64,000 bases of DNA from Eledone cirrhosa. Taxonomy: Eukaryota. Both the position numbers and the translations under genes were made by a program. Below are positions 39,069 to 54,385 of the stretch, one piece after another; position 1 is the first letter of the stretch, and every line of letters starts with the position of its first letter. Where the stretch lies: the NCBI GenBank assembly GCA_964016885.1, contig OZ024745.1, positions 57,784,001-57,848,000 of the forward strand, given 5' to 3'. The notes below the pieces were generated by a model. That model did not search any database. It saw nothing but the letters and a program-made list of their open reading frames with translations, and was not told where the DNA came from.

Positions 39069-42000
39069 TTCTCTCTGTTTATGTGTTTCTTTGTTTTTGT
39101 GTGTGTGTAATTCATAAAATTATGATCGTATTTTTTTAATTCTAAGAGACAGTGATTTTGAAACCAGATAAGTTTACTTCATAAACAAGATTAAGCAATA
39201 AGCTTATCATGAAATTAAATTAAGAATAACATATCTCTGCTATAAATAATATATTACTACAAAAATGTTGCCTGCTTCTGAATTTTATCACTATTTACTC
39301 AGAAATATTTAATCACCTGAGAGTAAATATGTTATTGTCAATTTCTTAGATTTTGTTCTGTATGTTTTTTGTTTTTGTCGATTCTGAATTCCGCCTTCTA
39401 TACAGCGTATCGTTCATCGCTTATGCTATTATAATTCACATTATCAGTTGGAATATAGGCTACCAGGAACCGTTGTGATACTTTTGTATTATGGTGTTCA
39501 TTGTCTAATAAATACATGATATAGTATCGTACATTTGTAATGATATGAAAGTTTCATATCAACTGGAAATATTCAGGCAATATATAGGCAATGCTTCTAA
39601 GTGCTATTCAATATCTTAAAAAAGAAAAAAAGGAAATAACGTTATTCTAATAAAATCCGAAATTATTAGTTATATGCCCCCTAAGTTACTGTTTAATTTT
39701 AATAAAAAGCAAATCAACTAGTTGATTCAATAAATTTTATTTTAAAGAGAACGCATTTAAATAATATCGATTAAACATTTTCCTTTCCAGACATGGTGTA
39801 GGTTTCCCGGCAAAAATACAATTTCTCAAATAAATAAAGTTTATTAAACTAAAGAGAAAATGTAATAAAATCTGTACGATATAAATTTGGTTTTAAATCT
39901 TGAAATAATGTTTCGATATTATGTTTAAACTTTTATTTTATAAGAAATACAAATCTTGGAAAAATAAATTTCCATAGGGAGGATGTCAAAAACTGTCAGC
40001 GTACGCAAATATATTTAGTATAAATATTCGAAGGAATATAAGTTTAGAGCCAAACATGTTTCTCAAAAGATGGTAGATTATGTCTCAGGATGGCGTTTGT
40101 AAATTCTATATTTATTTTCCACAAGCTTGGCTGAGAAATTTGGTTGGTTATGCTAGTGATGCATTGTTTGTAATTTGGCATATATAGTTGTCACGCTCGG
40201 GGATGTTGTCATCTTACCTATTGCAATTGCCACATAGATAGAAGACCATGTGGTTATGTTTTTTTCAAAGATTTTGTAAACATTAATCGGAGACTATTAC
40301 TAAATTGATATCACTGTTTTTTTTTTAAAGACTTCTATATATCATATCTATATCCTCTGAATGCGACAGGAGACGTCCTTCTAAACCTTGAGAAATATCA
40401 AACAACCAACGCGAAAATACCTGCTATTAATAGCTTAAGTGACATTATCAAACTCAAATCATGGTACGACAGATCAGGCAAGACAAAATTGTAGTTCAAA
40501 ATCGCAGTCGATTGCACACAACCAGCCAGTTTTACAAACATGCATTATTTCCACAGGAACGGTCTAAAATGCGTGTATCTTCACCGAAGGCAAAAATATC
40601 TTAAAGAGTTGTAATGATCATCTGAAGATGCATTGCACCTCTGATGAGAACTTCCTTAAACACAGAACCAGTATGGTTTGCACTATATCATAACGCAGTA
40701 GCACAATACCTGGAGTAAATCCAAAGAATTATTAGAAATGTATTATATATAAAAGCCAGATTCTGCACAACAATTTCAAACTGGGATATATATTGTTTAC
40801 AGATATTGTGTTATAATGGCTTTCAAACAGATAACACCTTGCGTGAGTCACTATATTTCAAATTATCTCGAACAATATATTACGAGGAAACGTGTACAGA
40901 ACATGAGCACCAAACTCTACGTTTTCTACTTTCCTACAGCCTGTAAAATATTTTGATATAGAGCAAACATCTGTAATATTGGCGGTTTTAAATTATTGTT
41001 GCATTTATCACTGATGTCTTCAGTATTATTTTACTAGCCAGGGTCTCATAAAAGTATATTTAGATGTTATTCAAATTCGAAACAATGTTATTTACTTGCT
41101 TTTAAACTTTTTCCGTGATCGGGTCCCTTGTAGCGAATGCTAAACAGCAGTGACGATTAATGATGGCTTCTTTACTCACCTTTTCTAGCAGTCACTCTTT
41201 AAAACTCACAAACATCATAAATGTTGAACTCAAGATGAGTGAGGTATCTCCGTAACTAGGTAGTTCATAAGACATCTGAACACACTCACCAAATATCTGC
41301 TCATACGTCCTGTTTCCGAGAACATGACTTGACACCAAACAGGATGTACAGAACTCCTGTCCGTTCGCAGGGAAAACATTGGCACAAATTCAAATATATA
41401 TGTGTGTGAATGTGTGTGTGTGAGTGTGTGTGTGTGAGTATGTGTATGTGTGTGTATGTGTGTGTATGTGTGTGTGTGTGTGTCTCTGTGTGTGTGTGTG
41501 TACAACTAAAAAAAGTGTCATTAGAAAATAGAAATGAATACATCTACCCATCTATCTATATATGAATATAAATATATATATATATATATATATGCCTGTC
41601 CCTGAGCGCGTGTGTTTCTACGTGTGTGATTGTGTATGTGTAATTAATAATATCAATTGCCTAAGCCTGAACGTAAATATATAAAATAGCACTGCAGGTA
41701 GTCTTACTTACATGGACCATACTGTACAAGTAAAATTAACATTCACACACGTCCTTCTACAGAATATTGCACCCTTTCCAACAAAACAAACACCGAGCTG
41801 CGACAATTGCTGTTATGAGGAAAACAGATGTCATCACACGGCAACCGCTTCTGCATTAATACTTGCAGTAATTATAATCCCATTGGAAAATTGACCATGC
41901 AGCCCCACGTATATTCATACGTACAATTATATGTTCCCAAATATATTTGATCATCCATGAACAGTTAATCTGATTCTGAGTGCGTGGCTATACATAAGTG

Positions 42001-43204
42001 TGCATATGTGTATGTATTTGTGTGTATGAATTAATATGTTCATACACATTCGCACCTGTGTGTGGTTATGTTATATAGGATGAAAATAGTGTATGCTCTT
42101 ATATATTTCAATCACACACACGGTTATTTTATAGTAATTATCATATTTAACTATTTATATAAACACATTTTTAAAAGCCTCTTCCAAATCAAAGGTAGGA
42201 TCATGCGATGCATACTAATATATAGTGTATTTATTTACCGAATAATATTATTCCACAACGCAAAACACGATTATGTATTTGTTAAGTATTAATTTAATCA
42301 ACTTGTATTCATTCAAAAAATTAAACTCGATTTGATTCTCAAAAGCTTTTACATTTGTATATATGTATATGTTATTATATTTTCTCACTTTCTTTATATT
42401 AAATTTGACAATTTGTTTTTCAAACTAATACACTTTTCCTAAATGAATGTTCATTGTATCAATTCATTCTGTTTATTAGATATGAAAGATGAAAATTTCC
42501 TCATTGATATATGTGGAATCTGTTTCGTAAATAACTTCTCTGTATATTGTTTGGTTTCATTCCTGGGCTTTTAATCGTGTAAAAAGTGTTATGGTGTATG
42601 TGATAATTATTTCTCTACGTTGTTAAGTCAAATTCTAATCATTTTCTATACATCAATGAATGTATAATAGAATGATTCCATCCCTTATACTGTAATAATT
42701 AATAAATTAATTATATTGATATGAATATCACTATCCCCTGCATATATGTATGATTTTCAGTGATTAGATTGTTTTTAACTCGCAGCATTAACGACTATGA
42801 TACAAGGGAGATTGTGAGGATGAGAGAAGAATACAATTATACTAGGATGTATACTTTCAAATGAAAAAGCCGATACGAAATATATTATTTAGTTTGGTTG
42901 TATAAAAACCGTTTAAACATTTCCTTGTTCTATTAGTCCTGGCAAGATAGTTAGAGGGTCAAACAGTAGAATGGAAGAATATAACCAGAAATATTATTAA
43001 AGCATATATATATAGGGAGAGAGAAGGTGAGAGAGAGATTGAGAGAGATGTATAATATCTATGTCTATCTATATATTAGTGAAAATATATACTCACTCTA
43101 CATCTTACCATGTATCGAGTACTTTGATTTGTGCTGATTTTCAAGGTTCCAGTAACGCAGCCTATCATTATATATATATATATATTAATACACACACACA
43201 CACT

Positions 43205-43240
<36 letters not shown>

Positions 43241-43241
<1 letters not shown>

Positions 43242-43655
43242 GTAAAGTTATATTTAAAATTGTTGGGTTACAACTAGTAAATATTTATAACTGATATAAA
43301 AGCATTCGACAAATATTTGGAGTATATTTACAATATTAAATAAATGGAAAACTATATTTATAAAACCATATTTATTTCATTATATATATTTCGGGGATAT
43401 CATATTAACAATATGCTATGCCTTCATCAGACAAAATACAATATAAACAGTTTTATAGATAAATAAATACTGCTAGCGTAAACCTCTTCAAATGAAGTTG
43501 ATGTTTATTACGGTATGTCGAATATATTTATCTATAAAACTGTTTATATTGTATTTTGTCTGATGAAGGCATAGCATATTGTTAATATGATATCCCCGAA
43601 ATATATATAATGAAATAAATATGGTTTTATAAATATAGTTTTCCATTTATTTAAT

Positions 43656-43661
<6 letters not shown>
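43241..43661. mobile_element. Inverted-repeat HHR element between (TA)n tracts
   Basis: 137-bp identical arms 43329-43465 / 43525-43661, each containing a complete HHR; same family as 63.6 kb. Confidence 0.85.
43552..43617 (+). ncRNA. Type I hammerhead ribozyme motif (identical mirror copy on minus strand in the left arm)
   Basis: tattttgt-CTGATGA-a-ggcatagcatatt(gtt)aatatgatatccc-c-GAAA-tatata-TA^-atgaaata. Confidence 0.75.
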
Positions 43662-43692
<31 letters not shown>

Positions 43693-45788
43693 GCACTTGA
43701 GCTCATAGACGTGAGTGATATACTTAGATGAACATTTTCTCTCCCGTCACGCTGATGTTCATAAATTCATAGTCCGATTGATTATAGCGTGTTACATTTT
43801 AAAATGCTATCCTTATATTATCTATCGTTGTGAAATTGAATGGGAGGTCTAAGTTTGGTTTCTCAGAAGAGAAATGAGCTGAAATTAGATTATGTATCAA
43901 TAACAAGTTTATAGAAATTCATTTCACTTTAAAACTATTATTATCCTTCGTATATTTATCACCACGTTCCATAATATAGTCCAACTATACGATTATTAAA
44001 TTACACAAACCATTGTTTAAACTGGAGGTATCCCTCCTATGAGCCACGCTTCTATTAACAATACATTAAATATGTTTTAAAATACCTGTTAAAATCAACA
44101 CAAAACGAAATCATTCGCACATAGAATGACATAGTTAAATGCGATAGTAAGAGTTATGTGTAGATCTATAGCTATGATATATGAAGTTCTTCTTGACCGG
44201 GTGGGGGTTGATTTATAAAGAAAATCGTACTTTCTGAAATGTTTTGATAGAAAGGGAGGTGAGGAGATGTGTAGGTAGAACCAAGTTGTCCTAATCTAAT
44301 GTATATATATGTTTGAAAATAATTACAGAAATTCCCAGAGAAAATTATTTTAATTGATGACCTGAGTGACTAGATAGACATGGTAAAAAAAAGAGGATTC
44401 TCTTATCTCCTCTTAGCATAATGGACTCAAAATCATTAAAGTTACGGATTACATATTTCAAACCCAGGCAGTTTTACTTGCACTATGTTTATTCAACACA
44501 TTGACCCCACCATCTCCTTTTGTTGGAAGATTCTCCTCCCATATTTATCTTTAAAGATCATATATTGAAGTGTTCGTTTGCCACATTAGAAAAGCTTAAC
44601 ATTTTCGGAGATTCTATGACAAAACTTGTAAGATATTCTGTAATATCTCGCATGAAATGTAAGAAATGGCCAAGTACTGAACTGACGTAGGGAAAAGTAG
44701 AAAAAAAGGAACTATATCCCTCACTCGGAAATATCAATGAACCTTTTGGAATTGAAATTTTAATATCATCTTTCAGATCGAGCAGAGAAGCCTTATATAG
44801 AATTGCCCCTATTAGAGAGCTAAATGAAATATAATATTAGCACATACTATATTTAGATTCTCTTACAATATATTAATATTACCCAGGAGAGATAAATTTA
44901 GGAACGTATATTGACACATTAAATTAGCAATATGTAGAATAAATAGTTCCAATTCTTTGTACAAATCATCTAAATATACGTTACATCCCACTTCCTACAT
45001 AACAATAATCAGTTGGATAAATCTTGCATCACAGAGAATATTTACAAATCCAATTTTATATATTTCCAAATCACGAACAATGTTCCGAAATAAAATTAGT
45101 TTAACAGAATGCTGTTCAATAATTAAGAGTTTTCACAAATATTATGAATGCCCTTGAGGTCATCCTATGACCTCAGGAGTATTTATAAGATTTGTCACTA
45201 ATTATATAAACATTTCTGAAAGATGCTTTCGATAAAATATATTCTAGTCTTTTAGTATTCTATCTATAGATATTTTTCTCTTTGTATACATGTTTACAAT
45301 TTCGTAACATTTGGAACCAGTAATTGCTGCAATAGTTGATGTATATTTCTGCGAGACCAACATATTTTCATCTCATGTGGATATAAGAAAACTTAAAATA
45401 TCATCAATTGTCTCGGCGTATAATTACAACCCCATTCTACATGTATTAGATGTCAAAATGTTTTCGCTTAATTGCATTTCCCTATGTTCATTTGTGTATG
45501 GGGTTTGAATATGTATATCTTTACTGAAGACTATTGGGGAAACTCGTAAAGATTTACGAGAAAAATAGAATAAATTGCGATTTGGGATTACATCATGTAG
45601 GTTTGAGGTGCAGAAGCATTCCCTCGTCGTTAGCATCTCTTGTGCCTTGAAAATTTGACTGTCCACTCATTTGAAAATAATATATTACATATTTTCCTCC
45701 ACTATAAATTTTCCAGAGGAGTAAATGTGTACATTTTATGCTTCAAGATTCGTGATCCACAAGAGGGATCAAGTTCCTCCTTAATCTG

Positions 45789-45832
<44 letters not shown>

Positions 45833-45837
<5 letters not shown>

Positions 45838-46058
45838 AACCAGTAAGACCCCGACAGCTGAGCTCAAGCCGTTTCGACGGCTAATTCTGGACTAGAATTA
45901 GCCGTTTCGACGGCTAATTCTAGTCCAGAATTAGCCGTCGAAACGGCTTGAGCTCAGCTGTCGGGGTCTTACTGGTTCCTATTACCCACTCTACTACCTC
46001 AAGTATTGAGTACTTTGGTGCGTTATGGTCCACCTGGTTCCTTACCACATTTCCTTCG

Positions 46059-46060
<2 letters not shown>
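45833..46060. mobile_element. Solo pLTR palindrome of the 35-38 kb PLE family in (TA)n
   Basis: Perfect arms 45833-45905 / 45910-45982 around ttcg; right side continues as the pLTR 3' end. Confidence 0.88.
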
Positions 46061-46101
<41 letters not shown>

Positions 46102-46469
46102 GCATGTATAAAATGTCAGAGAAATCAACAACATATTTTTGAATATGTATATTTACTTTCTGTAAATGATTACTGGTCCGAAAATCAATAAACGTACAGT
46201 GAAAACTAATACTACATTCAGCGCATTCATCAGAGCCAAGAGTAAAGAAATAAACATATTAATTCAAGTAATTATATACATATCATCGAAGAGAAGATCC
46301 TACAATAAAAGCGATACTGGGATAGATATCGTCCACATTTTGAAAATGTCCAACATTTCCATCTTACATTTCCATCTTATATTTCAATGTAACCTCTGAT
46401 CAGACTCAATTTTCTATAACCGGCATGATTATTGAAATGTTAACGGCTTTTCGCCATATGCACCTTTGA

Positions 46470-46812
<343 letters not shown>

Positions 46813-47853
46813 GTACATTACGAAGAGAGAAGAAACATTTAGATATAATTAGTAATAAAATGTATCATACCTAAACTGCTCCTAGATTCCTCGACTACGT
46901 AGTTTCGTGGCATAAACAAAAACAATACATCATAAAGATATAGAGTCCTTGCGAGGTCTGCCGACTTATCAAGAGGATACCTCATTTTACTAGTCTCAAG
47001 AACGCGTCTACACGACGTGAGAAAGAATCCCAAAAGGCGGAGGGGGAGATAGTCACGCGATATAACGGTCGAGAAACAGAGCTAAGCCTCTTATAACCCC
47101 GAAGAAAATACCACAGAGGCGGAGGGGGTATTTATATCGAAGCCGTAGAAGAGGTGGTGAAGGAGGCGAGAAGTATGAGTAATGGAAGCTTTCCAGCAGT
47201 CCCCACACTTCAAAGATTGCTCGACCAGAGGGAGTTATTAACAATATATTTAGAAACACACAGATACATGCGGACACACACATATACATGAATGCATCCG
47301 CACCCAACCGTGAGTTAAGGGTGCCAACTTCACCGATGTTGCTCAATGAATGACTGACGGCTTCGATATAAATACACCCTCCGCCTCCGTGGTATTTTCT
47401 TCGTGGTTATAAGAGGCTTAGATTTGTTTCTCGACCGTTATATCGCGTGACTATCTCCCCCTCCGCCTTTTGGGATTCATTCTCACGTCGTGTAGACGCG
47501 TTCTTGAGACTAGTAAAATGAGGTATCCTCTTGATAAGTCGGCAAACCTCGCAAGGACTCTATATCTTTATGATGTATTGTTTTTGTTTATGCCACGAAA
47601 CTACGTAGTCGAGGAATCTAGGAGCAGTTTAGGTATGATACATTTTATTACTAATTATATCTAAATGTTTCTTCTCTCTTCGTAATGTATTTTTAACTCT
47701 GATACTGGTTCAGTCTAGTTCAACCGGATTGGTCTGTCCCAGTGATTCATTGAGCAACATCGGTGAAGTTGGCACCCTTAACTCACGGTTGGGTGCGGAT
47801 GCATTCATGTATATGTGTGTGTCCGCATGTATCTGTGTGTTTCTAAATATATT
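46813..47853. mobile_element. Retrozyme-like non-coding HHR element: two inverted, circularly permuted partial copies of a ~590-nt unit
   Basis: 46813-47146 is the reverse complement of 47357-47690; 47243-47356 is the reverse complement of 47740-47853. Confidence 0.8.
47526..47615 (+). ncRNA. Type I hammerhead, U3-A8 core variant (mirror copy 46888-46977 on minus strand)
   Basis: tcctc-TTGATAA-gt(c)ggca...tgccac-GAAA-ctacgtag-TC^-gagga. Confidence 0.8.
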
Positions 47854-47884
47854 ATAAATATATGTATATATATATACACACATA

Positions 47885-47922
<38 letters not shown>

Positions 47923-47988
47923 CATATATATTTATATATATACATATATATATATGTGTTTGTGTGTGTAAATATATGTAAATATATG

Positions 47989-48030
<42 letters not shown>

Positions 48031-48058
48031 TGTGTTTGTGTGTGTAAATATATGTAAA

Positions 48059-48090
<32 letters not shown>

Positions 48091-48092
48091 AA

Positions 48093-48274
48093 TGTTTCTA
48101 CTTTAGGCACAAGGCCAGCAATTACCCAGTGCATTACTGGTACTTTATTTTATCGACCCCGTAAGGATAAAAGGCAAAGTCAACCTCGGCGGGATTTGAA
48201 CTCAGATCGTAAAGGGATGTAACTATGCTGGAAAGCATGGCGTCCGACCCTCTACCGATACTGCCAATCCACCA
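48093..48274 (-). mobile_element. tRNA-derived SINE
   Basis: Reverse complement match to 30730-30912. Confidence 0.88.
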
Positions 48275-48959
48275 CCCTATATATATATATATAAAGAGAG
48301 AGAGACAGTATATATATTGTGAGTATGTGTTAGGTTTTGAGAAACTCTGAAGACATGAAACAGAAGTTGCTTGGAAAGAGAGTTTGTGAAAATATTTCTT
48401 TTCTCATACGATATGACTTAGAATATATCTCAGTGACTAATCTCCATTGATATATCAGGCAATTTTTATATTCTTTGTGTTCAACGACTATTAAATGGAT
48501 AAATGCCAGTATACAAATCAAATATTCTTCTTTCTTTGATTGTATAAACAACGTTAAATCAACACCACTGAAAACCATTCATTCAGGATTTATTTATCTC
48601 TGTTGCAAAGTAAATATCGATTAAGCTTTCTATTTGACACAAATTTATTCGTTGCACATAAGTTCGTTTCTTCATTTCGGTAGAGTTTACTTTTTTTGCT
48701 TTCTTTGTTTTAGATGTGTTTATCTATGTTTTTCTTGTACTTCGAAATGTCTCATGAGAGGTCAAAAGCGCGAAGAACGGGATAATCTAATATAGAACTA
48801 CTCAGACATCTTCAATAAGAAATATACAGACGCAGTTGATGAGCTTGGTTTTCATTAGTTATGAGAAGAGCAAATACACCACATGAATACAAAGCGTTGG
48901 AAAATACAAAGACGAATATGATGGTTTCTATGAACGTAACTGGGCGTAGTTACACGACG

Positions 48960-49082
48960 AAACATTTTGGCATTGAGGGAAATCGATTAAATCGACTCTA
49001 ATGAGTTACTGGTACTTTAGGTTCGGCGAGATTTGAACTTTGGACGTAAAGGTGTCTAAAAGCATGTTGCCAGACGTTCCAA
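48960..49082 (-). mobile_element. Degenerate SINE
   Basis: gattaaatcgactc...actggtactt...cggcgagatttgaact...aagcatg matches the 38.4 kb copy. Confidence 0.6.
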
Positions 49083-50936
49083 ATAATTTATTTTTATTGG
49101 TCACAAGGGCTGATACATGAAGTACAATACAGAATATCGTATACAAAATACAAAATATATGACAACACGTAGGGAGTGCTACCCATGGATGCATCGGGAA
49201 ATACATTAATTATAAACCACCTTATTCCCCAGAAGCACCTAGGAGCACCAATCTTTTCTGTCTAAAGGTGTGTGGTTATAGTAGGTTGATATATACAATT
49301 ATCCTAGCTACATTCACCAACCTCTTAACACTCTTGCACTCTTACCCTCCCATTCCTTTCCATGTGGAAAATTGATGAGGGCTTGGCCGAGCCCACCATA
49401 CAGTTACTTTTGCAAAAGCCACCAGGAAGAGGAAATCTGATGTTGTTATCAGTGCAGCTGTTGTTGTTTTCGATGTTGCAGTTGGTGTTGTTTCTAACTT
49501 CGTTGTTGCTCTTGGAGTTGTTGTCGTTGTTCTCTTTACTTGTATAAATGTTTTTGTCATAACTGTTGTTGTTGTTGCTCATGTTTGTGGTGGTTTTAAA
49601 TTTGTTGTTGCATCTTGTGTTTGTAATTATATATTTTTTTTATTTTGTGTCTAGAATGGGGCTTGATGTTGTTGCGGTATCCCTCCTCTCAATGTTTAAG
49701 TTACCGTCACGCGACAGGGTGGGTGGTATGCCATGCCCACCTGTTTTTCTTCTTCAGAAAAATAAAGTTTAAAGTTTAAACTTCCAAATAGTTGGGCCAA
49801 AAGGCCTAAAAATTAAAAAAAGAAAACACCCCTTCACAGAGCAAAAACTTAGGATATTTTTGCTTAGGATCTTTTTGCCAAAAATATAACAATTAATACA
49901 AATGCAAAAGTCTTGAAAATGCACTACCTTGATGAGAAGAAATTCGTCATATCAAACCATCACATACCTCATACACCTGATAGAGAATCATTGGTATGTG
50001 AATGTACATGTATCCAATGAAATAAAATTGGTGATATTAAAAATAATTTTTTCAAAGGAATTAAAAGAATAGAACTTATTTTGAAAATAATAATTAGTAT
50101 CTGCAAAGGATAGTGCACTGATAACAAATTACCATTCACAGATAAATAGAACAAAATAAAAAATGTTAGCGAAGTAATTTCTCAAATATTCTATGATGTT
50201 TGCAGCTAAATAACTACATCACAAAAACAAAATACGAAACCGATGTTACTTGCAAATAGTTTATATGAATAGACAACACAGAACAAGAAATTCTGGGAGA
50301 TAATCAAACGAAATTCACTACGGAAATTCAGCAATCTAAAAAAAATAAAATGAAAGGAAAAATGTGTTCATATTAGTTTATGCAGAAAAGCGATACTTTA
50401 ACATACATCACGGTAACAAAAACGAAGTAAACAAATAAAAAAATTGAGAAGCTAAAATGTACGGAACTATCGATTAAAGAACAAAGAGGATTCAGCGCAA
50501 ATGTTGTAAAGAATTTAGAAAACAAGTAAATATTATAATATTTATTGGCTTGATATCAAAGGAGAGGTTTCAAAGATGTGTACTTGCGTATATAATCACG
50601 TAGAAATCAGATTTGGAAGTTTTCACAATTCAAAATTTAGTTATAGAAAAGCAGATATGGTGGTATGCCGGTCAATGATATCAATAAACGATTCTACATA
50701 GCAGCATGATCGATTATTCAGAATACACAACATGTTCTATATAAATGAAATAAACTTGGTCTGGACAATTGGAATTGTTTCTTTGTTTTTTTTTTGTCTT
50801 GCTACTGTTGTTCTTATTGTACTATTCAATGTATGAGGGTTGGTAGATGCGCTCAAGATCATAGAGCAAGCACACAAATAAATAAATAAATATATATATT
50901 TATGTGTGTGTGTGTGTGTGTGTATGTGTGTGTGAG

Positions 50937-51382
<446 letters not shown>

Positions 51383-51650
51383 ATATATATATATATATAT
51401 ATATTAGTTAGGCGCCTGTCAGGAAAGTGTCTAAAAATTAAGATATATTAAATAGAGAGAGAGAGAGAAAGAGGGAGAGTGAGGGAGAGAGAGAGAATGC
51501 AACAGAGAGAGGCCGATGGCAACTTCGTTTTCAATCTTTAAATGTCTTCACCCAATTTTATAAGCTTTTATGTAGCATCTACGCAGATAATCACATCATT
51601 CTTTATATTAACTGTATCCCATATTCTGTGAATTCAGCTACGAATGCACA

Positions 51651-51717
<67 letters not shown>

Positions 51718-52567
51718 CATCCTTGGATACAATAAGTTTTTGTTGTATAATCTTTCATGTAATATTGAATTCCATAAATTAAATAATTAGTGATAAACTA
51801 AATGATACAAAATATTCTAATATATCGATGAAATGATTAGGTAAATTATATAAGATAATATGTAATTACATATGAAAATAATGTTATGAGTTATAATTAA
51901 GTATTTTGATTAGAAATATTAAAATGTTTAGAGTTAAAATAGAATCTTCTGTTGGTTCAGAACTTTAATGTCACATAACTGAATCATGTTATAGTGATGA
52001 AAAGAGGTAATCAAAGTATTTCTATTGCATTGCATTAGTTTAACAGTATATAACATTTCATTCGCATGAATCATTACAGCTGACAAGCATACATCTCTCA
52101 TTATATTTCCATATTCCCCAGAAGACCAGTAACAATTTATGCCCTATTTATTTCTGATGTATGATATTGCGAGTAGTTTAAAAGGTTACACATATAGCAT
52201 TAAACATGATTATGTCTTTGATCATTAAATATTCTTTGATCTAAATATATTTCGAAACATATATGTGAAAGTAACAAATGTGATGTACTATTAGCAAGAA
52301 TGTGCGTCCAGAATATATGACAAATACCAAGGATAAAAGCATTATGTTCATCTCATTTAACAAGGCATTCACTTATCAAAATCAATTTTACCATAGCAAA
52401 ACCTAGATATAGGCTCGGAGGTGTGAGCATCTTCATTTCTATATGGTATATATACACATTCTATATAAATCACTATACCGTTATATTTAGGTAAATAGAG
52501 AAAATATAAATATATGTATTGATAAATGGATAGATAAATCGACAGTGAGATAGAGAGAGAGAGAGAG

Positions 52568-52615
<48 letters not shown>

Positions 52616-52978
52616 CATATATGTGTGCGTGTGTGTGTGTGTGCGTGTTTGTGCGTGTGTGTGCGTGTGCGGGTTTAATAGGGGGTAACCACAGTTAGTA
52701 AGGTACTCAATACATTAGTAGAATATTTGGATTCATATATTTTATGCAAATATGACTGTATATCGATCCCTGTTCTCAACAGTTACTTTAAGTAAACGTC
52801 CTAGGGAAAAGGAAATTTAAATTTGTCTTCGGCTAGATTTTCAGTAAAGGACTGAACTCAACAAGGGCATCTAATAGTGTACCATGGCCAATTCACTTAA
52901 TGAATTTGAAACTATTACTGAAACAGCATTTCACAAATACACATGGGCAGATATGGCACAAAGTAATGAAAGTTAATA

Positions 52979-53162
52979 ATTGTTTCTACTTTTGGCCCAA
53001 GGCCAGCAATTACCCAGTGCATTACTGGTACTTTATTTTATCGACCCCGTAAGGATGAAAGGCAAAGTTAACCTCGGTTGGATTTGAACTCAGAATGGCA
53101 AGGGCCATAACACTATATGTCAAAGCATGGCGTCCGACCCTCTACCGATACTGCCAATCCAC
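52979..53162 (-). mobile_element. tRNA-derived SINE
   Basis: Reverse complement match to 30730-30912. Confidence 0.88.
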
Positions 53163-54223
53163 AGGTTAATAATATAGAGAAATATGTATGATGGTTCGTG
53201 TCTGTTGTTCTATCTCGGAGAACATCTCGCTTGTAATGTCGTTTGGTTGTGGAGTATGTAGAAATATCTAGAACTTTTCTCAGAAATAATCTATATCTAT
53301 AACACGTCCCGGTGGAATTCCATTATTCCTATTTCAGAGTACAAATGATTTTTCTGTCGGGTTTGTATGTCAGAGGGTGTGTAATTGAGACTATGTGTTT
53401 GTTTATATCATTGTGGCTATTCAAGTGAGGGAGGTTCGTGATGGAGTAACTTAGTGTAACTCTGAATATCTCTTGAAGACTATATCCGTTAATAAAAGGG
53501 TAAATAAACGAGCGCATTTGGTAATGTCTGCCGGTAGTCATGATTTCAAACGTCGGTAGAATAGTGCTTATTATTTACATAATGAGCAAATACAATTTTA
53601 GGGTGCTGCAAATTTATATCGGTCAAAAAAATGTTTCGCTTTACAGAAGGCAACGTACGTCTACAGTTAGCAGCTTGTGTTCAATATCTAGATGTATTAG
53701 CTTGATACTTATGAAAAGGAATTACATTATTATCATTTGTGTATGTTGATGAAGCCTTTCCTTTCCCAATTGAATTAATTGTGTAATTGAAGACACACCT
53801 TATTGCTGATAAATTGTTCATATAAACAATGGTTATCAGAAGCAACATCAGATGGCAAACATAACATATTCCATTCCCTTTTATTGCCTCACACGCAATA
53901 ATAATCACACCAATGCAGAAAATATTAGAAATATAGAAAGCGCCATTATACTTCGCAACTAAATAAAATAGATGACTATGAAATAAGGAAATAGATATGA
54001 TGAAACGTTTGAAACAGCATTTGGTATAGGTCTGTTACCTGAAGGGTGATTTGTTGTTAACTATCATCAGCATATAAATACAAAAATCTAGGAAAAGAAA
54101 CAACAACAATCCTAATAGCATTGGCATTTTAGGTTATCTCAGCGCAATCACCAACACAACTACTCTTGCTATTACTGCTGTGCCTGCTACAACTACTACT
54201 ACGAATCCGACTGCAGCTAATGC

Positions 54224-54234
54224 TAGTAGTAGTC

Positions 54235-54271
<37 letters not shown>

Positions 54272-54385
54272 GAGTGGTGGTAGTGGTGGCGGTGGTGGTA
54301 GTTGCTGTTGTTGCTGTTGATGTTGTTGCAGTAGTAGTAGTAGTAGTAATAGTAGTAGTAGTAGTAGTAGCTGTAGTCGTAGTAA
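54224..54385. repeat. (GTA/GTG/GTT)n trinucleotide tract
   Basis: Direct observation; source of the poly-Val ORF. Confidence 0.9.

Noticed and set aside
45311-45780. Possible decayed CR1-type APE (VDVYFCETNI)
   Set aside because: One weak motif only; remainder too degenerate to support
49325-49772. Asn/Thr-rich ORFs
   Set aside because: Derived from (GTT)n-like low-complexity sequence; no identifiable domain
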